Position numbers and translations under genes: made by a program
Notes under the pieces: generated by a model
Databases searched by the model: none
Seen by the model: only the letters and a program-made list of their open reading frames with translations
Told to the model about the DNA's origin: nothing
Source: Candidatus Eiseniibacteriota bacterium
Lineage (GTDB): Bacteria; Eisenbacteria; RBG-16-71-46; CAZAMP01
Length of the DNA: 64,000 nucleotides
Assembly: GCA_965224245.1 (NCBI GenBank)
Contig: OZ245046.1
Span: 4,672,001-4,736,000 of the forward strand
Direction of reading: 5' to 3'
Part shown: piece by piece, positions 21,395-31,392 of the stretch
How positions within the stretch are numbered: position 1 is the stretch's first letter
Layout: every line of letters starts with the position of its first letter

Positions 21395-23545
21395 TCACCG
21401 GAGAAGCACGACGCGATCCGACGCCACGATACCCCCCGACGTGCGCGCGCGGATCCAGTAGATCCCCGCAGCGAGCGGTCGTCCGTCCGCCCGGCGGCCG
21501 TCCCACCGGAGCTCGTGCGTGCCGGCCTGGAGCCGACCCGGCGACAGCACCCGGAGCCGGCGCCCGCTCACGTCGTGGACGTCGACGTCCACGCGGGCCG
21601 TCTGCCCCACGTCGAGGCGAACGCGCACGCCGCCCGCGGCGGCGGTGGCGATCACGTCGAGACCACGCCCGACACCACGTCCCGGGTCGTGCACCGACAC
21701 CACGTCGGGAACGGTCCCGATGAGGATCGAGGAGCCGCCGCTGCCGACGACGACTCGATCGCCGCGCACCAGCACCGACTGCGGGCCGTACTCCATCGGA
21801 ACCCTGGGCGTGGTCCACGTGATGCCGCCGTCGGCGGACAGGCGGACCGAGGCAATGGAGTACCCGCCTGCCGCGAGTGCGTTGCCGTTGCCGTCGAGCT
21901 CGCGCGCCTGGGCGGTGCTCACCTGGGTCCACGTCTCGCCGCCGTCGGTGGTCCGGTAGAGTGCCTCCGCGGCGATGACCCCCGTGGTCTCGTCGATCCA
22001 GGCCATGCCGAAGATCATGCGCGAGGGCAACCCCGCACCCGCCGGGTGGAACCAGGTGGCGCCCGCGTCGTCGGAGCGCCAGAGGCTCGACGTGAACGTG
22101 CCGCCGCCGCCCGCGTACACGACGTCGCCCCCGGCCGACGCCACGCACTCCATGCGTTCGGCGCCCGCCGGCGTGTCCGACCACGTCAGGCCACCGTCGG
22201 TGGATCGCTCGACGGTGCCGGACGACTCCCGCACGAGTGACGCCAGCACGACGTCGTCCCCGACCATCGCGAGGTCGGTGACGAAGCCCGAGCTCGACTG
22301 GAGCGCGTGGCCGGTCCACGTGGCCCCGCCGTCGGTGGTGCGATCGACCTGGACGCCCCCGCCGGGTTCGTACCCGGCCGCGAAGCCGACGTCGTCGTCG
22401 CGGAAGTGGATGGCCATCACCCAGTCCGATGGCGGCTCGTTCGGGTCCACGACCCACGTCGTGCCCACGTCGTCGCTACGAAGCCAGCGCTTCTGGTAGC
22501 CGGTGGTGGCGTAGCCGGACGCGAACACCGTGCCGTCGGGGCGATCGCCGAGGGCATCGACGATGAAGCGTGACCCGTCGTCGGGGTCGAGGGTGGCATT
22601 GGTCCAGGCCTCCCCGTCCGGGCTCCGGAACACGTCTCCGGAAGAGGACACGGCGAGGAAGCCCCCGGCGGGATGGCGGATGGCATCGAGGAAGCCGCCG
22701 ACGTCCTGGCGCAACACGGGGTACGTCCACGTCGCGCCATCGTCGTCGGTGCGCGCGATGGCGGCCCCTTCGGTGTCGATGAAGACGGTGTAGTGGTCGG
22801 CGTCGTCGATGAACACGCGACGCTGGTAGATGGGATCGCTGAACTCGTGCTTCTCGGTCCAGCTGACACCCCCGTCCCGCGTGCGCCAGGAGGAGAACTC
22901 CCCGACGATGACGCCCTCGTCGCCGGCGAAGTCGATGGCCTCGCAGGAGGCGCTCGTCGCGGCGCCGCCGGGGAGGTCGGTCCACGTGACGCCGCCGTCG
23001 ACGGTCTCGCGGGCGAGGCTGTTGCCCACCACGATGCCGCGGTCGGCGTCGAACCAGTACTGCCCCTTGAGCCCGGTCGCGCCGGGACTCGTCAAGAGCG
23101 ACCAGGTGAGGCCTCCGTCGGTGGAGCGAAGAACCTCGGAGAGGTACCCGAGAACGGTGAGGACGCCATCCACCTGGGTCAGCTCGCGGAGCGACTCGGT
23201 CGCCGGATGGGCGATCTCGATCCACGTCTCGCCCCCATCGGTGGAGCGGAGGATGCGGCCGGGCTCGGTGACGGCCACCAGCGTGCCCGGGGCAACCACC
23301 TCGACCTCGCGTATCGTCTCGTCGAGGGCGTCGCGGTCGCTGACGTCGGTCCAGCTCGCGCCGCCGTCGGTGGTGCGCATCACCGTGCCGCGTGCGCCCA
23401 CGGCGTAGCCCGTGGTGGCGGACTCGAACGCGACACCCCACAGGGCGTTGCCCTGAGGCAGGGGATTCTGCCACGTGAAGTCGGTGGCGAGTGCGGACGA
23501 TGCCAGGGCCAGGAGCGCGAGCGGTCGGGTGCAGCGAGCGAGCAT
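21395..23545 (-). CDS. Secreted YCF48/BNR (Asp-box) repeat beta-propeller protein with C-terminal FlgD-Ig/T9SS-like domain
   Basis: Signal peptide, WQNPLPQGN, more than 10 RT/STDGGxTW Asp-boxes; C-terminal DVSGRRLR...WDGRRADGRPLAAGIYW...RVVLLR. Confidence 0.85.
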   Translation of the reverse strand: MLARCTRPLALLALASSALATDFTWQNPLPQGNALWGVAFESATTGYAVGARGTVMRTTDGGASWTDVSDRDALDETIREVEVVAPGTLVAVTEPGRILRSTDGGETWIEIAHPATESLRELTQVDGVLTVLGYLSEVLRSTDGGLTWSLLTSPGATGLKGQYWFDADRGIVVGNSLARETVDGGVTWTDLPGGAATSASCEAIDFAGDEGVIVGEFSSWRTRDGGVSWTEKHEFSDPIYQRRVFIDDADHYTVFIDTEGAAIARTDDDGATWTYPVLRQDVGGFLDAIRHPAGGFLAVSSSGDVFRSPDGEAWTNATLDPDDGSRFIVDALGDRPDGTVFASGYATTGYQKRWLRSDDVGTTWVVDPNEPPSDWVMAIHFRDDDVGFAAGYEPGGGVQVDRTTDGGATWTGHALQSSSGFVTDLAMVGDDVVLASLVRESSGTVERSTDGGLTWSDTPAGAERMECVASAGGDVVYAGGGGTFTSSLWRSDDAGATWFHPAGAGLPSRMIFGMAWIDETTGVIAAEALYRTTDGGETWTQVSTAQARELDGNGNALAAGGYSIASVRLSADGGITWTTPRVPMEYGPQSVLVRGDRVVVGSGGSSILIGTVPDVVSVHDPGRGVGRGLDVIATAAAGGVRVRLDVGQTARVDVDVHDVSGRRLRVLSPGRLQAGTHELRWDGRRADGRPLAAGIYWIRARTSGGIVASDRVVLLR

Positions 23546-23837
23546 GGAATGCCTCTCCGGAGGTTCTGGGGACCGAGGACGACGTCGGCGTTCATCCTGG
23601 CAGTCCGACCATCCTCCTCCGAAGATACATGGACCGCCTTTCTCCGCTGCTCCTCGACCGAGGCTCTTCCGGCGCGCTCGTCCTGTGGCGACCGGTCGTC
23701 TGCGCGGTCGCGGAACCCGGTCGACTCGCTAACTCTTTTGACTCCAACGTGCTCGGGCCGCGGGATGAGCCGCGGGGATCGAGCGTAGACCCGGCCGGAC
23801 GTCCACGCCGGCTACTCGTGATTCGCTCCGCGGCGTC

Positions 23838-24434
23838 TCAGCAATCGGTGCATGCGTCCGGGTCGTGACAGTCGACCACGCGGCCGCCCGCGTCGAACTC
23901 CAGATGGCAGCAGGCCATGAACGAATCGCGGAGCTTCCGGCGCGCACGCTGGACGCGCGACTTGGCCCCGGAGATCGACAGGCCGAGCGTGTCGGCAACC
24001 TCCTGCTGCTTGCGACCTTCCAGATCGGCGAGCGTGATCGCGATCCGGTCGGCCTCGGCAAGCTGGGCCACGAGCGAGCGCACGCACGCGGTGAGATCCG
24101 CCTCGTCGCCGAGCGTGGCGTCGGGTCCGGAGGGCGTGTCCGCGATGGCAGCCCGATCGGCACCGTGAGAACTCGGCACCGAATCGTCGGTCAGCACCAC
24201 GTCGTCGGGTCGGCGCCGGGCCCGGCGCGCACGATCCACGAGCGCATTGCGCGTGATGCGGTAGAGCCACCCGCGAAAGTTCTCGTCATCCCGTAAGGTC
24301 GCCCGGGACTGCCAGGCCCGAAGGAGCACGTCCTGGACCACGTCGTCGGCCGTCACCGCATCGTGCGTCCGGGCCAGCACGAACCGGCGCAGCTCCGCTC
24401 GGAAGTCGGCCCACGGAACGGACGTCTGCGTCAT
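23838..24434 (-). CDS. sigZ: ECF RNA polymerase sigma factor, SigZ-like, with Cys-rich C-terminus
   Basis: DDVVQDVLLR, GWLYRITRNALVD, EVADTLGLSISGAKSRVQRARRKL, then CC...C...CxxC; GAGGTG RBS. Confidence 0.8.
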   Translation of the reverse strand: MTQTSVPWADFRAELRRFVLARTHDAVTADDVVQDVLLRAWQSRATLRDDENFRGWLYRITRNALVDRARRARRRPDDVVLTDDSVPSSHGADRAAIADTPSGPDATLGDEADLTACVRSLVAQLAEADRIAITLADLEGRKQQEVADTLGLSISGAKSRVQRARRKLRDSFMACCHLEFDAGGRVVDCHDPDACTDC

Positions 24435-24592
24435 CGTGTTCACCTCTGCTGTCGTTTCTCCGGCCAACGAACGAGAGGCCGCTCGCGACTCGCCGACATC
24501 ATACGCTCGAGCGGCGACTCGCGGGCACGGTCCCGGGACACGTCCGGGCCGGGACCGGCGGCACCCCGCCACAGGACAGACCTCCACCCATG

Positions 24593-24620
24593 AAGACGCT
24601 CGGGGTCGAAAAAGGACGCA
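24593..24620 (-). promoter_or_regulatory. Possible ECF-type promoter upstream of sigZ (autoregulation)
   Basis: Minus strand TGCGTC-N16-CGTCTT with a T-tract after the -35; CGTC is a common ECF -10. Confidence 0.35.
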
Positions 24621-24679
24621 TGCCGCCGCAACTCCATGGTGTAACGTATGATCCAGAGACCGATCGACGGGAGGTGACG

Positions 24680-25348
24680 GTGCTTTCACGACGTTCTTTC
24701 GCCCGGATGGCCGGGGTGCTCGCGGCGGCCGGCTGGCTGGCGGCGCCCGGTGCCGTGGTGGCCCAGGATGGAGCCGATCGCTTCTACACCGGCGTCGGGG
24801 CCGATCCCGATGCCACGCTCGAGTTCCTGTTCGAGGTCACGTTCATGAAGATCGACGTGGCCGACGTGGCGGCGGCGTTGCCCCCGGCGGCGAGCGCCGC
24901 CCTCGTGGACGCGATCGCGATCGACGACAAGTCGGATCGACGCGCCCGCATTCGCGAGGTTCTGACCGAGGCCGATCCGGTCGTCTGCTCGATGACGTTT
25001 CAGCGCGACGCCGACTGGGGACGCTTGGAGAAGAGCCTCTCGCGCACCTGGAAGGCGGCCGAGGCGTGTGGCGCGGTGGACGCCACCCGTCGTGGCGAGA
25101 TCGAGCTGGACATGGCGGCCGTCATGGCACCCCTCGTCGAGCGGGGCGCGCTCGAAGGGGACGAGCTTCTCTATCGCGTGGACGGCGACGAGGTGACGAT
25201 CGCGTACGTCACGGTGGACGGCGAGCTGCTGGCCGAGACGACGCGGACCGGCGCCGACTGGGCGGACGGCGTCCGCGCCGCGTTCTTCTGCGCCGAGTCG
25301 CGCTACGGGAAGAAGTTCATCGAGGTGGCCGAGAAGCGGCGCCCCTGA
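24680..25348 (+). CDS. Tat-exported hypothetical protein, possibly chalcone-isomerase-like fold
   Basis: GGAGG RBS; SRRSF twin-arginine motif plus hydrophobic stretch ending AVVA; MTFQRD...GDELLY pattern resembles CHI-like proteins. Confidence 0.55.
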   Translation: MLSRRSFARMAGVLAAAGWLAAPGAVVAQDGADRFYTGVGADPDATLEFLFEVTFMKIDVADVAAALPPAASAALVDAIAIDDKSDRRARIREVLTEADPVVCSMTFQRDADWGRLEKSLSRTWKAAEACGAVDATRRGEIELDMAAVMAPLVERGALEGDELLYRVDGDEVTIAYVTVDGELLAETTRTGADWADGVRAAFFCAESRYGKKFIEVAEKRRP

Positions 25349-25382
25349 GTCCGTCTCGACTCGGCGTACCGTCGGCCACTGG

Positions 25383-26261
25383 TTACCGATTACGCCCTCC
25401 GGATCGCCGGCGGGCCTCGCGCGCCCGTGCCGCCGATAGCGGCGGCACGTCCATCGCCGCGCGCTCGGCGTCGGTCACGGCCGTGGTGTCGATCGGCTCC
25501 ATCGTCCACACGCCGTCCACCGTGTGAAGCTGCGTGCCGTAGATCTGCGGCTTTCCCACGCTCCAGAGGTATCGATCCCAGGCCGCGGCCGTGAGCCAGC
25601 GGGCCGACGGGTGCGCGTGCTCCATCCCGGACGCCGTCCTCGCCAGCTCGTAGGCCAGTCGATACGACGTGGAGTCGCGGCCGTGCTGGAAGATCATCGC
25701 CGCGTGGAAGAAGTCGTCGGACACCTCGAGCGCGCCCGCGTCCACCAGCTCCCGTGCGCGGGCGCGACGTCGCGCATCGTTCCCGGACACGACGTCCCAG
25801 CCGACGCTGTCGGCGTTCCGGCGTTCGCTCTGATCGGCCGTGTACATCTCGTACAGCTCGCGGTTGACCGACGCGAGGTAGGTGTCGAGGTTCGCCCGGG
25901 CGCGCTGCAGGACACCCGTCCATCGGGGATCCTCGTGCAGGAGGTCGAGATCGGTGTCGCCGGAGAGCCAGTCGGGATTGCGATAGCCCCGCTCCAGCGC
26001 CTGGTCGAGCACGCGAAACGCGCTCTCGACGTCGCCGGAGAGCGCGTAGCAGCAGGCCGCGTTGTACGCATCCCCGGTCCCGTTCGGGGTCTCTCTGCTC
26101 GCCTTCTCGTAGAGAGGACCGCACTCGGCGTAGTGACCCGCCTCGTACGCCGCGTCCGCCTGGGCGCGTGGAGCGGGCGTCTCGTCCGCGGCCGCGGGTG
26201 AGGAATGCGAGGCCAGGGCCACGACCGCGAGCAGCGAGGCCAGCTTGCGTGGAGTCGACAT
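25383..26261 (-). CDS. Secreted TPR-containing protein with DUF6624-like C-terminal domain
   Basis: Signal peptide; YNAACCYALSG...ALERGY...DTDL (TPR end-of-group pattern); DQSER, AMIFQHG, DRYL...PQIYGTQ. Confidence 0.65.
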   Translation of the reverse strand: MSTPRKLASLLAVVALASHSSPAAADETPAPRAQADAAYEAGHYAECGPLYEKASRETPNGTGDAYNAACCYALSGDVESAFRVLDQALERGYRNPDWLSGDTDLDLLHEDPRWTGVLQRARANLDTYLASVNRELYEMYTADQSERRNADSVGWDVVSGNDARRRARARELVDAGALEVSDDFFHAAMIFQHGRDSTSYRLAYELARTASGMEHAHPSARWLTAAAWDRYLWSVGKPQIYGTQLHTVDGVWTMEPIDTTAVTDAERAAMDVPPLSAARAREARRRSGGRNR

Positions 26262-26367
26262 GTTGCGTGCTCCGTCCGGAAGAGTCGTTCGGGTCCGCGG
26301 TGCGCCCGCGGCCGGCCCGCCGGACATCATAGCGCCGATCCCGCGTCGCGTCGCCGGGGTGAGACCC

Positions 26368-27153
26368 TCACCCTGGAGATCGGACGCGCCACGCGGCCAC
26401 GACGTCGACGACCACCCGCGCCACGACGTCCCGTCCGAAGCCGGGATCACGTTCCGTGTCGAGGTCCGGGTGCGGATCGGCGGCATGCGTGGCGGACCCA
26501 TCCCAGGCCGTGAACACGTGGGAGTCCGTCGCGGCGCGGGTATGCCGCGTCGAGCCCGTGCGGGCACGGCGTGTCCCGCCGGTGCGCGCGACGATGACAC
26601 CCCCGAGGCCCGGCGTCACGGCGCCGGGCCAGTAAGCCGCCGCCCTCGCCGCGAACGTGGCGGCCCGCGATGCGTTCAGCCGGTACGAGGTGCCGTGGAT
26701 CCGCTCGGCGGACACGAACGCGTCGGCCGTTTCGCCCGGCCCGCCCGCCATCTCGAAGACGCCGTCCAGGACCTGCACCCGGATCGACGAGTAGCTCGGG
26801 CGGAGCTCGGTCTCCGATGCGATCCGGTCGTGGTGGTGCCGCATGAAGTCCCCGTATGCGGCGCGATCCCGCCACAGGCCGAGGATCGCGGCGCGATCTC
26901 GCCACAGGCCGGGGATCGCGGCACCACCCGGCATGCCGGCACGACCGCGGGTACCGGCGCGTTCCGACGTCGCGAGACGACCGGGCGTCGCGTCGCCATC
27001 GGGAGCCCCCGGCGGCGAGGTGCTCCTCATCCATCCACCGACTTGCGAGAGAAACCCGTCGAGCGCGGCGAGCGCCCCCCAGCGCGACTGGGCTCGCGCG
27101 AAGGCGTCGCGACGCTCGGCGGGTACCTCACAGATGATCCACTTCACGAGCAC
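26368..27153 (-). CDS. YdbC/DUF4937-like (ABM-type dimeric alpha-beta barrel) protein
   Basis: LVKWIICEV...FARAQSRW..L..LDGF..QVGGW; W.DRAAY..FM..HHD; GGAAGGAG RBS. Confidence 0.65.
   Translation of the reverse strand: MLVKWIICEVPAERRDAFARAQSRWGALAALDGFLSQVGGWMRSTSPPGAPDGDATPGRLATSERAGTRGRAGMPGGAAIPGLWRDRAAILGLWRDRAAYGDFMRHHHDRIASETELRPSYSSIRVQVLDGVFEMAGGPGETADAFVSAERIHGTSYRLNASRAATFAARAAAYWPGAVTPGLGGVIVARTGGTRRARTGSTRHTRAATDSHVFTAWDGSATHAADPHPDLDTERDPGFGRDVVARVVVDVVAAWRVRSPG
26861..26920. repeat. 30-bp tandem duplication inside the YdbC-like gene
   Basis: gcgcgatcccgccacaggccgaggatcgcg / gcgcgatctcgccacaggccggggatcgcg (2 mismatches). Confidence 0.9.
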
Positions 27154-27330
27154 GTCCCGCTCCTTCCTCGGGGGCGAGTCTAGCGCACGGCGTGCGAGGC
27201 CGCGATCGCGCCCGACGTCGGAGACGCGCGCTCGGAGCGACGAGCACGTGGAGCCGCTCGCGGCGCATGCTAGAGTCCGGGAGCTTCACGCCGTGTGATC
27301 GACCGATCGGATCCCACACCCCGGAGCGCC

Positions 27331-28410
27331 ATGAAAGCCCGACTCGCACTCGTCGTGACCTCGCTCGTCCTCAGCGTTCTGATCGGCCTGGCGCTCTCGC
27401 GGGGCGCATCCATGGGCGGCGACCGCGAGCGCCCGCTGATCGGCTTCGCGATGGACACGCTGAAGGAGGCGCGCTGGCAGCGCGACCGCGACGCGTTCGT
27501 GGCCCGCTGCGAGGAGCTCGGCGCCGACGTCCTCGTCCAGTCGGCCAACAGCGACGACACGCGCCAGATGCAGGACGTGCAGTCACTGGTGAGCCGCGAC
27601 GTGGACGTGCTCGTGCTCGTCCCCCACAACGGCGCCGCCATGGCGAAGGCCGTCCGGGTGGCCCACGACGCCGGCATCCCGGTGATGGCGTACGACCGGC
27701 TGATCCCCGACTGCGATCTCGACTTCTACATCACGTTCGACAACGTGCGCGTGGGCGAGATGCAGGCCGAATACCTCGTCTCGAAGATACCGCCGGACCG
27801 CACCTGGCGCATCGTCCGCATCTACGGCGCCAACACCGACCACAACGCGACGCTGTTCAAGGAGGGACAGGACCTCGTCCTCGCGCCCTACGTCGCCGAC
27901 GGCCGCATCGAGGTCGTGCACGAGGACTGGGCCGAGAACTGGAAGCCCGAGCAGGCCAAGAAGATCACCAACGCCGCGATCACGCGGCACGGCCGCGACA
28001 TCGACGCCGTGCTCGCGTCGAACGACGGCACCGCGGGCGGTGCGATCCAGGCGCTCCTCGAGGAGGGCCTCGCCGGGCGCGTCCTCGTGACCGGACAGGA
28101 CGCCGAGCTCGTGGCCTGCCAGCGCATCGTCGCGGGCACGCAGGCCATGACGATCTACAAGCCGTTGCGGGACGTGGCCCGGCGAGCGGCCGAGATCGCC
28201 GTCCGGATCGCCGAGCGCCGGCCCGTCTTCGCGGCGAAGTCCGTGGACAACGGCCGGGTCCAGGTGCCCGCCGAGCTGCTGGGCGTGGTGGCCGTGGATC
28301 GCGACAACCTGCGCGAGACCGTCGTCGCGTCGGGCTTCCACCCGGCCGACGACGTGTATCGGGACGTGCCTCCGGACGCGCGACCCGGCTCGGGGTCGTC
28401 GACGCCGTGA
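27331..28410 (+). CDS. xylF: D-xylose-type sugar ABC transporter substrate-binding protein
   Basis: EARWQRDRDAF, AYDRLI, FDNVRVGEMQA, ASNDGTAGGAIQAL, TGQDA, QAMTIYKP. Confidence 0.8.
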   Translation: MKARLALVVTSLVLSVLIGLALSRGASMGGDRERPLIGFAMDTLKEARWQRDRDAFVARCEELGADVLVQSANSDDTRQMQDVQSLVSRDVDVLVLVPHNGAAMAKAVRVAHDAGIPVMAYDRLIPDCDLDFYITFDNVRVGEMQAEYLVSKIPPDRTWRIVRIYGANTDHNATLFKEGQDLVLAPYVADGRIEVVHEDWAENWKPEQAKKITNAAITRHGRDIDAVLASNDGTAGGAIQALLEEGLAGRVLVTGQDAELVACQRIVAGTQAMTIYKPLRDVARRAAEIAVRIAERRPVFAAKSVDNGRVQVPAELLGVVAVDRDNLRETVVASGFHPADDVYRDVPPDARPGSGSSTP

Positions 28411-30062
28411 TGCACGCCGGCACGAGGCGCGGGCTCGAGACACACGGCATCACGATGCGCTACCCCGGCGTGGTCGCGCTGGACGACGTGTCGCTGTCGT
28501 TCCGCCCCGGCGAGGTGCACGCCCTCTGCGGCGAGAACGGCGCCGGCAAGTCCACGCTGATCAAGATCCTGAGCGGCGTCATTCCCGCCGCCGCCTACGA
28601 GGGACGGATCGAGCTGAACGGCGAGCCGTTCTCGCCCGCCTCCATCACGGGCGCGCGCGGGAGCGGCATCGCCGTCATCCACCAGGAGCTGGCGTTGATC
28701 GCCGAGCTGACGGTGGCCGAGAACGTCTTCCTCGGGCGCGAGCCGACCCGGCGTGGGCTCGTGGACTTCGAGCGCCTGTTCTCGGACACCGAGGCGCTCT
28801 TCGCTCGCCTGGGCCTCGACATCTCCGCATCGGCGCCGGTGCGCGCGCTCGGCATCGGCTCGCAGCAGCTGGTCGAGATCGCCAAGGCGCTCTCGTTCGA
28901 GTCGTCCTTCCTGCTCCTCGACGAGCCCACCGCGGCGCTGACCGATCGCGAGGTGGCCAAGCTGCACGACGTCGTGCGCGAGCTCCGGGCATCCGGGACG
29001 ACGTGCGTGTACATCACCCACCGGCTCGACGAGGTGTTCACGATCGCCGATCGCGTCAGCGTACTCCGGGACGGCACGCACGTGATGACCGAGGACGTGT
29101 CGAGCGTCGACGAGCCGGGGCTGATCCGGAGCATGGTGGGGCGGGAGATCGCCGACCTGTATCCGCGCCGGGCGGCCTCCGCGGACACGACCGCCGCGCC
29201 GCGGACACCGGCGGACCGAACCTCGGCGGATCGGACCCCGACGGCAGCGACACCGCCGGCGAGGATGCCGCGCGCCCGCACCCCGGAAGCGGATCGCGCT
29301 CGGCTCGAACTCGTGGACGTCACGGTCGCGCGTGGCCTCGACGACACCCCCGTGCTGGAGGGCATCGATCTCGCCGTGCACGCCGGTGAGGTGGTCGGCA
29401 TCGGCGGGCTGATGGGGGCGGGTCGCACCGAGCTGGCGCTGCACCTCATCGGGGCGTTCGGCCGCCGCCTCCGGGGCACGATGCGCGTGGACGGACGCGA
29501 GGTCGTCATCGGATCGCCGAGCGCCGCGCTCGACGCGGGCATCATGCTCGTGAGCGAGGATCGCAAGCGGTACGGCCTCTTCGGGAACGCGAGCGTGCGT
29601 TTCAACCTGACCATCGCGTCACTGGCGTCCGTGGTCCGGTTCGGCCTCGTCGACGAGGCGGCCGAGGGCGCGAGCGCCCTCGGCGCGGTTCGCGATCTGG
29701 GGATCAAGACACCGACCATCGATGCGGGCGTCCTCGGTCTCTCGGGCGGCAACCAGCAGCGCGTCGTTCTGGGGCGCGCGGTCCTGAGCCAGCCCGGCGT
29801 GTTTCTCCTCGACGAGCCCACCCGCGGGGTCGACGTGGGCGCCAAGCGCGAGATCTACGAGATCGTCAACGCGCTGACCGATCGCGGCAAGGCCGTCGTC
29901 CTGATCTCGAGCGAGCTGCCCGAGCTGATCGGCATGAGCGATCGCATCGTGGTCCTCAGCGCGGGCCGCGTCGGGGGCACGTTCGCGCGGGGCGAGGCCA
30001 CCGAGGAGGCGGTGCTGTCGGCCGCGATGCGATTCGGCAGCCGCATGAGGTCGTCGGCGTGA
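28410..30062 (+). CDS. xylG: Sugar ABC transporter ATP-binding protein (two ABC domains)
   Basis: GENGAGKSTL, LLLDEPT, GLMGAGRTEL, LSGGNQQ, DEPTRGVDVGAK; overlaps xylF stop. Confidence 0.8.
   Translation: MHAGTRRGLETHGITMRYPGVVALDDVSLSFRPGEVHALCGENGAGKSTLIKILSGVIPAAAYEGRIELNGEPFSPASITGARGSGIAVIHQELALIAELTVAENVFLGREPTRRGLVDFERLFSDTEALFARLGLDISASAPVRALGIGSQQLVEIAKALSFESSFLLLDEPTAALTDREVAKLHDVVRELRASGTTCVYITHRLDEVFTIADRVSVLRDGTHVMTEDVSSVDEPGLIRSMVGREIADLYPRRAASADTTAAPRTPADRTSADRTPTAATPPARMPRARTPEADRARLELVDVTVARGLDDTPVLEGIDLAVHAGEVVGIGGLMGAGRTELALHLIGAFGRRLRGTMRVDGREVVIGSPSAALDAGIMLVSEDRKRYGLFGNASVRFNLTIASLASVVRFGLVDEAAEGASALGAVRDLGIKTPTIDAGVLGLSGGNQQRVVLGRAVLSQPGVFLLDEPTRGVDVGAKREIYEIVNALTDRGKAVVLISSELPELIGMSDRIVVLSAGRVGGTFARGEATEEAVLSAAMRFGSRMRSSA
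29202..29291 (+). repeat. Degenerate 15-bp tandem repeat (6 units) in XylG interdomain linker
   Basis: Encodes RTPAD-RTSAD-RTPTA-ATPPA-RMPRA-RTPEA. Confidence 0.7.
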
Positions 30063-31192
30063 GCGGCCGGGGCTCGCTCCGGGGCCTCGCGCTCTTCGGC
30101 GCGCTGGTCGCGATCTGGGTGTTCTTCGCGATCGCGTCCGAGTCGTTCCTGAGCCCGCGCAACCTCTCGCTCCTGGCCATCGAGCTCTCGGTGACGGCCA
30201 GCCTCGCGCTGGGGATGCTGCTGGTGCTCCTGCCGGCCCAGATCGACCTGTCGGCCGGAAGCGGCGTCGGGCTGATCGGCGGGGTGGCCAGCGTGCTCGT
30301 GTTTCATCACGGGTGGCCCTCGTCACTGGCCATGCTCACCGGGGCGGCGCTCGCGGTGGTCGTCTGGTCGCTGATGGGAACCCTTATCGTGCGGCAGCGC
30401 GTGCCCGCGTTCATCATCACGCTCGGCGGCCTGCTCGCGTTCAAGGGCTTCTTCTGGCTGGTGATCGGCAACGCGACGGTACCGGTCAGTCGCGGCGCGG
30501 CGATGAACGCCTATGCGGCACTGACCACGTTCTACCTGTCGCCGGCACTGAGCGCGATCGTGGTGGCCGTCGTCGTGCTGGGCGCGATCGTGGGCACGTT
30601 GCGGGTGCGCGCACGGCGCCTCCGCCACGGCTTCGACGTGGACGACCCCGAGATCACGTTCCTGAAGCTCTTCATCACCGCACAGGCGCTGGCGCTGGTG
30701 GCCATCGTGTCGAGCCAGTTCCGGGGGATCCCGCTGTCGCTCGTCGTCCTGGCCGCGCTGGCGGGTGCGGTGACCGTGTTCACGTCGCACACCCGCTACG
30801 GGCGCTATCTGTATGCAATCGGCGACAACGAGGAGGCGGCGTTCCTGTCGGGCATCCCGGTGGGACGCGTCGTGGTCACCGCGTTCGCGGCGATGGGTGC
30901 GGTCGTGGCCATCACGGGGTTCATGCAGACCGCGTACGCCGGCGCCTCCACCACGACGGTGGGCGAGCTGATGGAGCTCGACGCCATCGCGGCCTGCGTG
31001 ATCGGGGGCACGAGCCTCCGGGGCGGCCGCGGCACGGTGCTCGGCGTGCTCTTCGGCGCGCTGATCATGACCAGCCTCCTGAACGGGATGACGCTGCTGG
31101 CGGTGTCGCCCGAGCTGAAGCTGATCGTGCGCGGCAGCGTCCTCGTGCTCGCGGTCTGGATGGACGTGACGTTGACCCGCCGGGGGTCCTGA
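30059..31192 (+). CDS. xylH: Sugar ABC transporter permease
   Basis: FLSPRNLS, IDLSAGS, PAFIITLGG, GRYLYAIGDNEEAA, ELDAIAACVIGGTSL. Confidence 0.8.
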   Translation: MSGRGSLRGLALFGALVAIWVFFAIASESFLSPRNLSLLAIELSVTASLALGMLLVLLPAQIDLSAGSGVGLIGGVASVLVFHHGWPSSLAMLTGAALAVVVWSLMGTLIVRQRVPAFIITLGGLLAFKGFFWLVIGNATVPVSRGAAMNAYAALTTFYLSPALSAIVVAVVVLGAIVGTLRVRARRLRHGFDVDDPEITFLKLFITAQALALVAIVSSQFRGIPLSLVVLAALAGAVTVFTSHTRYGRYLYAIGDNEEAAFLSGIPVGRVVVTAFAAMGAVVAITGFMQTAYAGASTTTVGELMELDAIAACVIGGTSLRGGRGTVLGVLFGALIMTSLLNGMTLLAVSPELKLIVRGSVLVLAVWMDVTLTRRGS

Positions 31193-31392
31193 CCGCTCGA
31201 GCGATCTCGACGCCGGTCGATCGCGCGTTCGACGACCGTCGGCGCCCGGGGTCGTGTGGGTCACGGGGACACCGATCCCCCGGAGCGCCCAGGTCAGCCA
31301 TCTTCAGATGCCCCCGCCGTGGTATCCTCTTCGTCACGTATCCCTCGTCTCATCCCGATCACCGGACCCGGCCCGACCGAACGGAGGAATTC

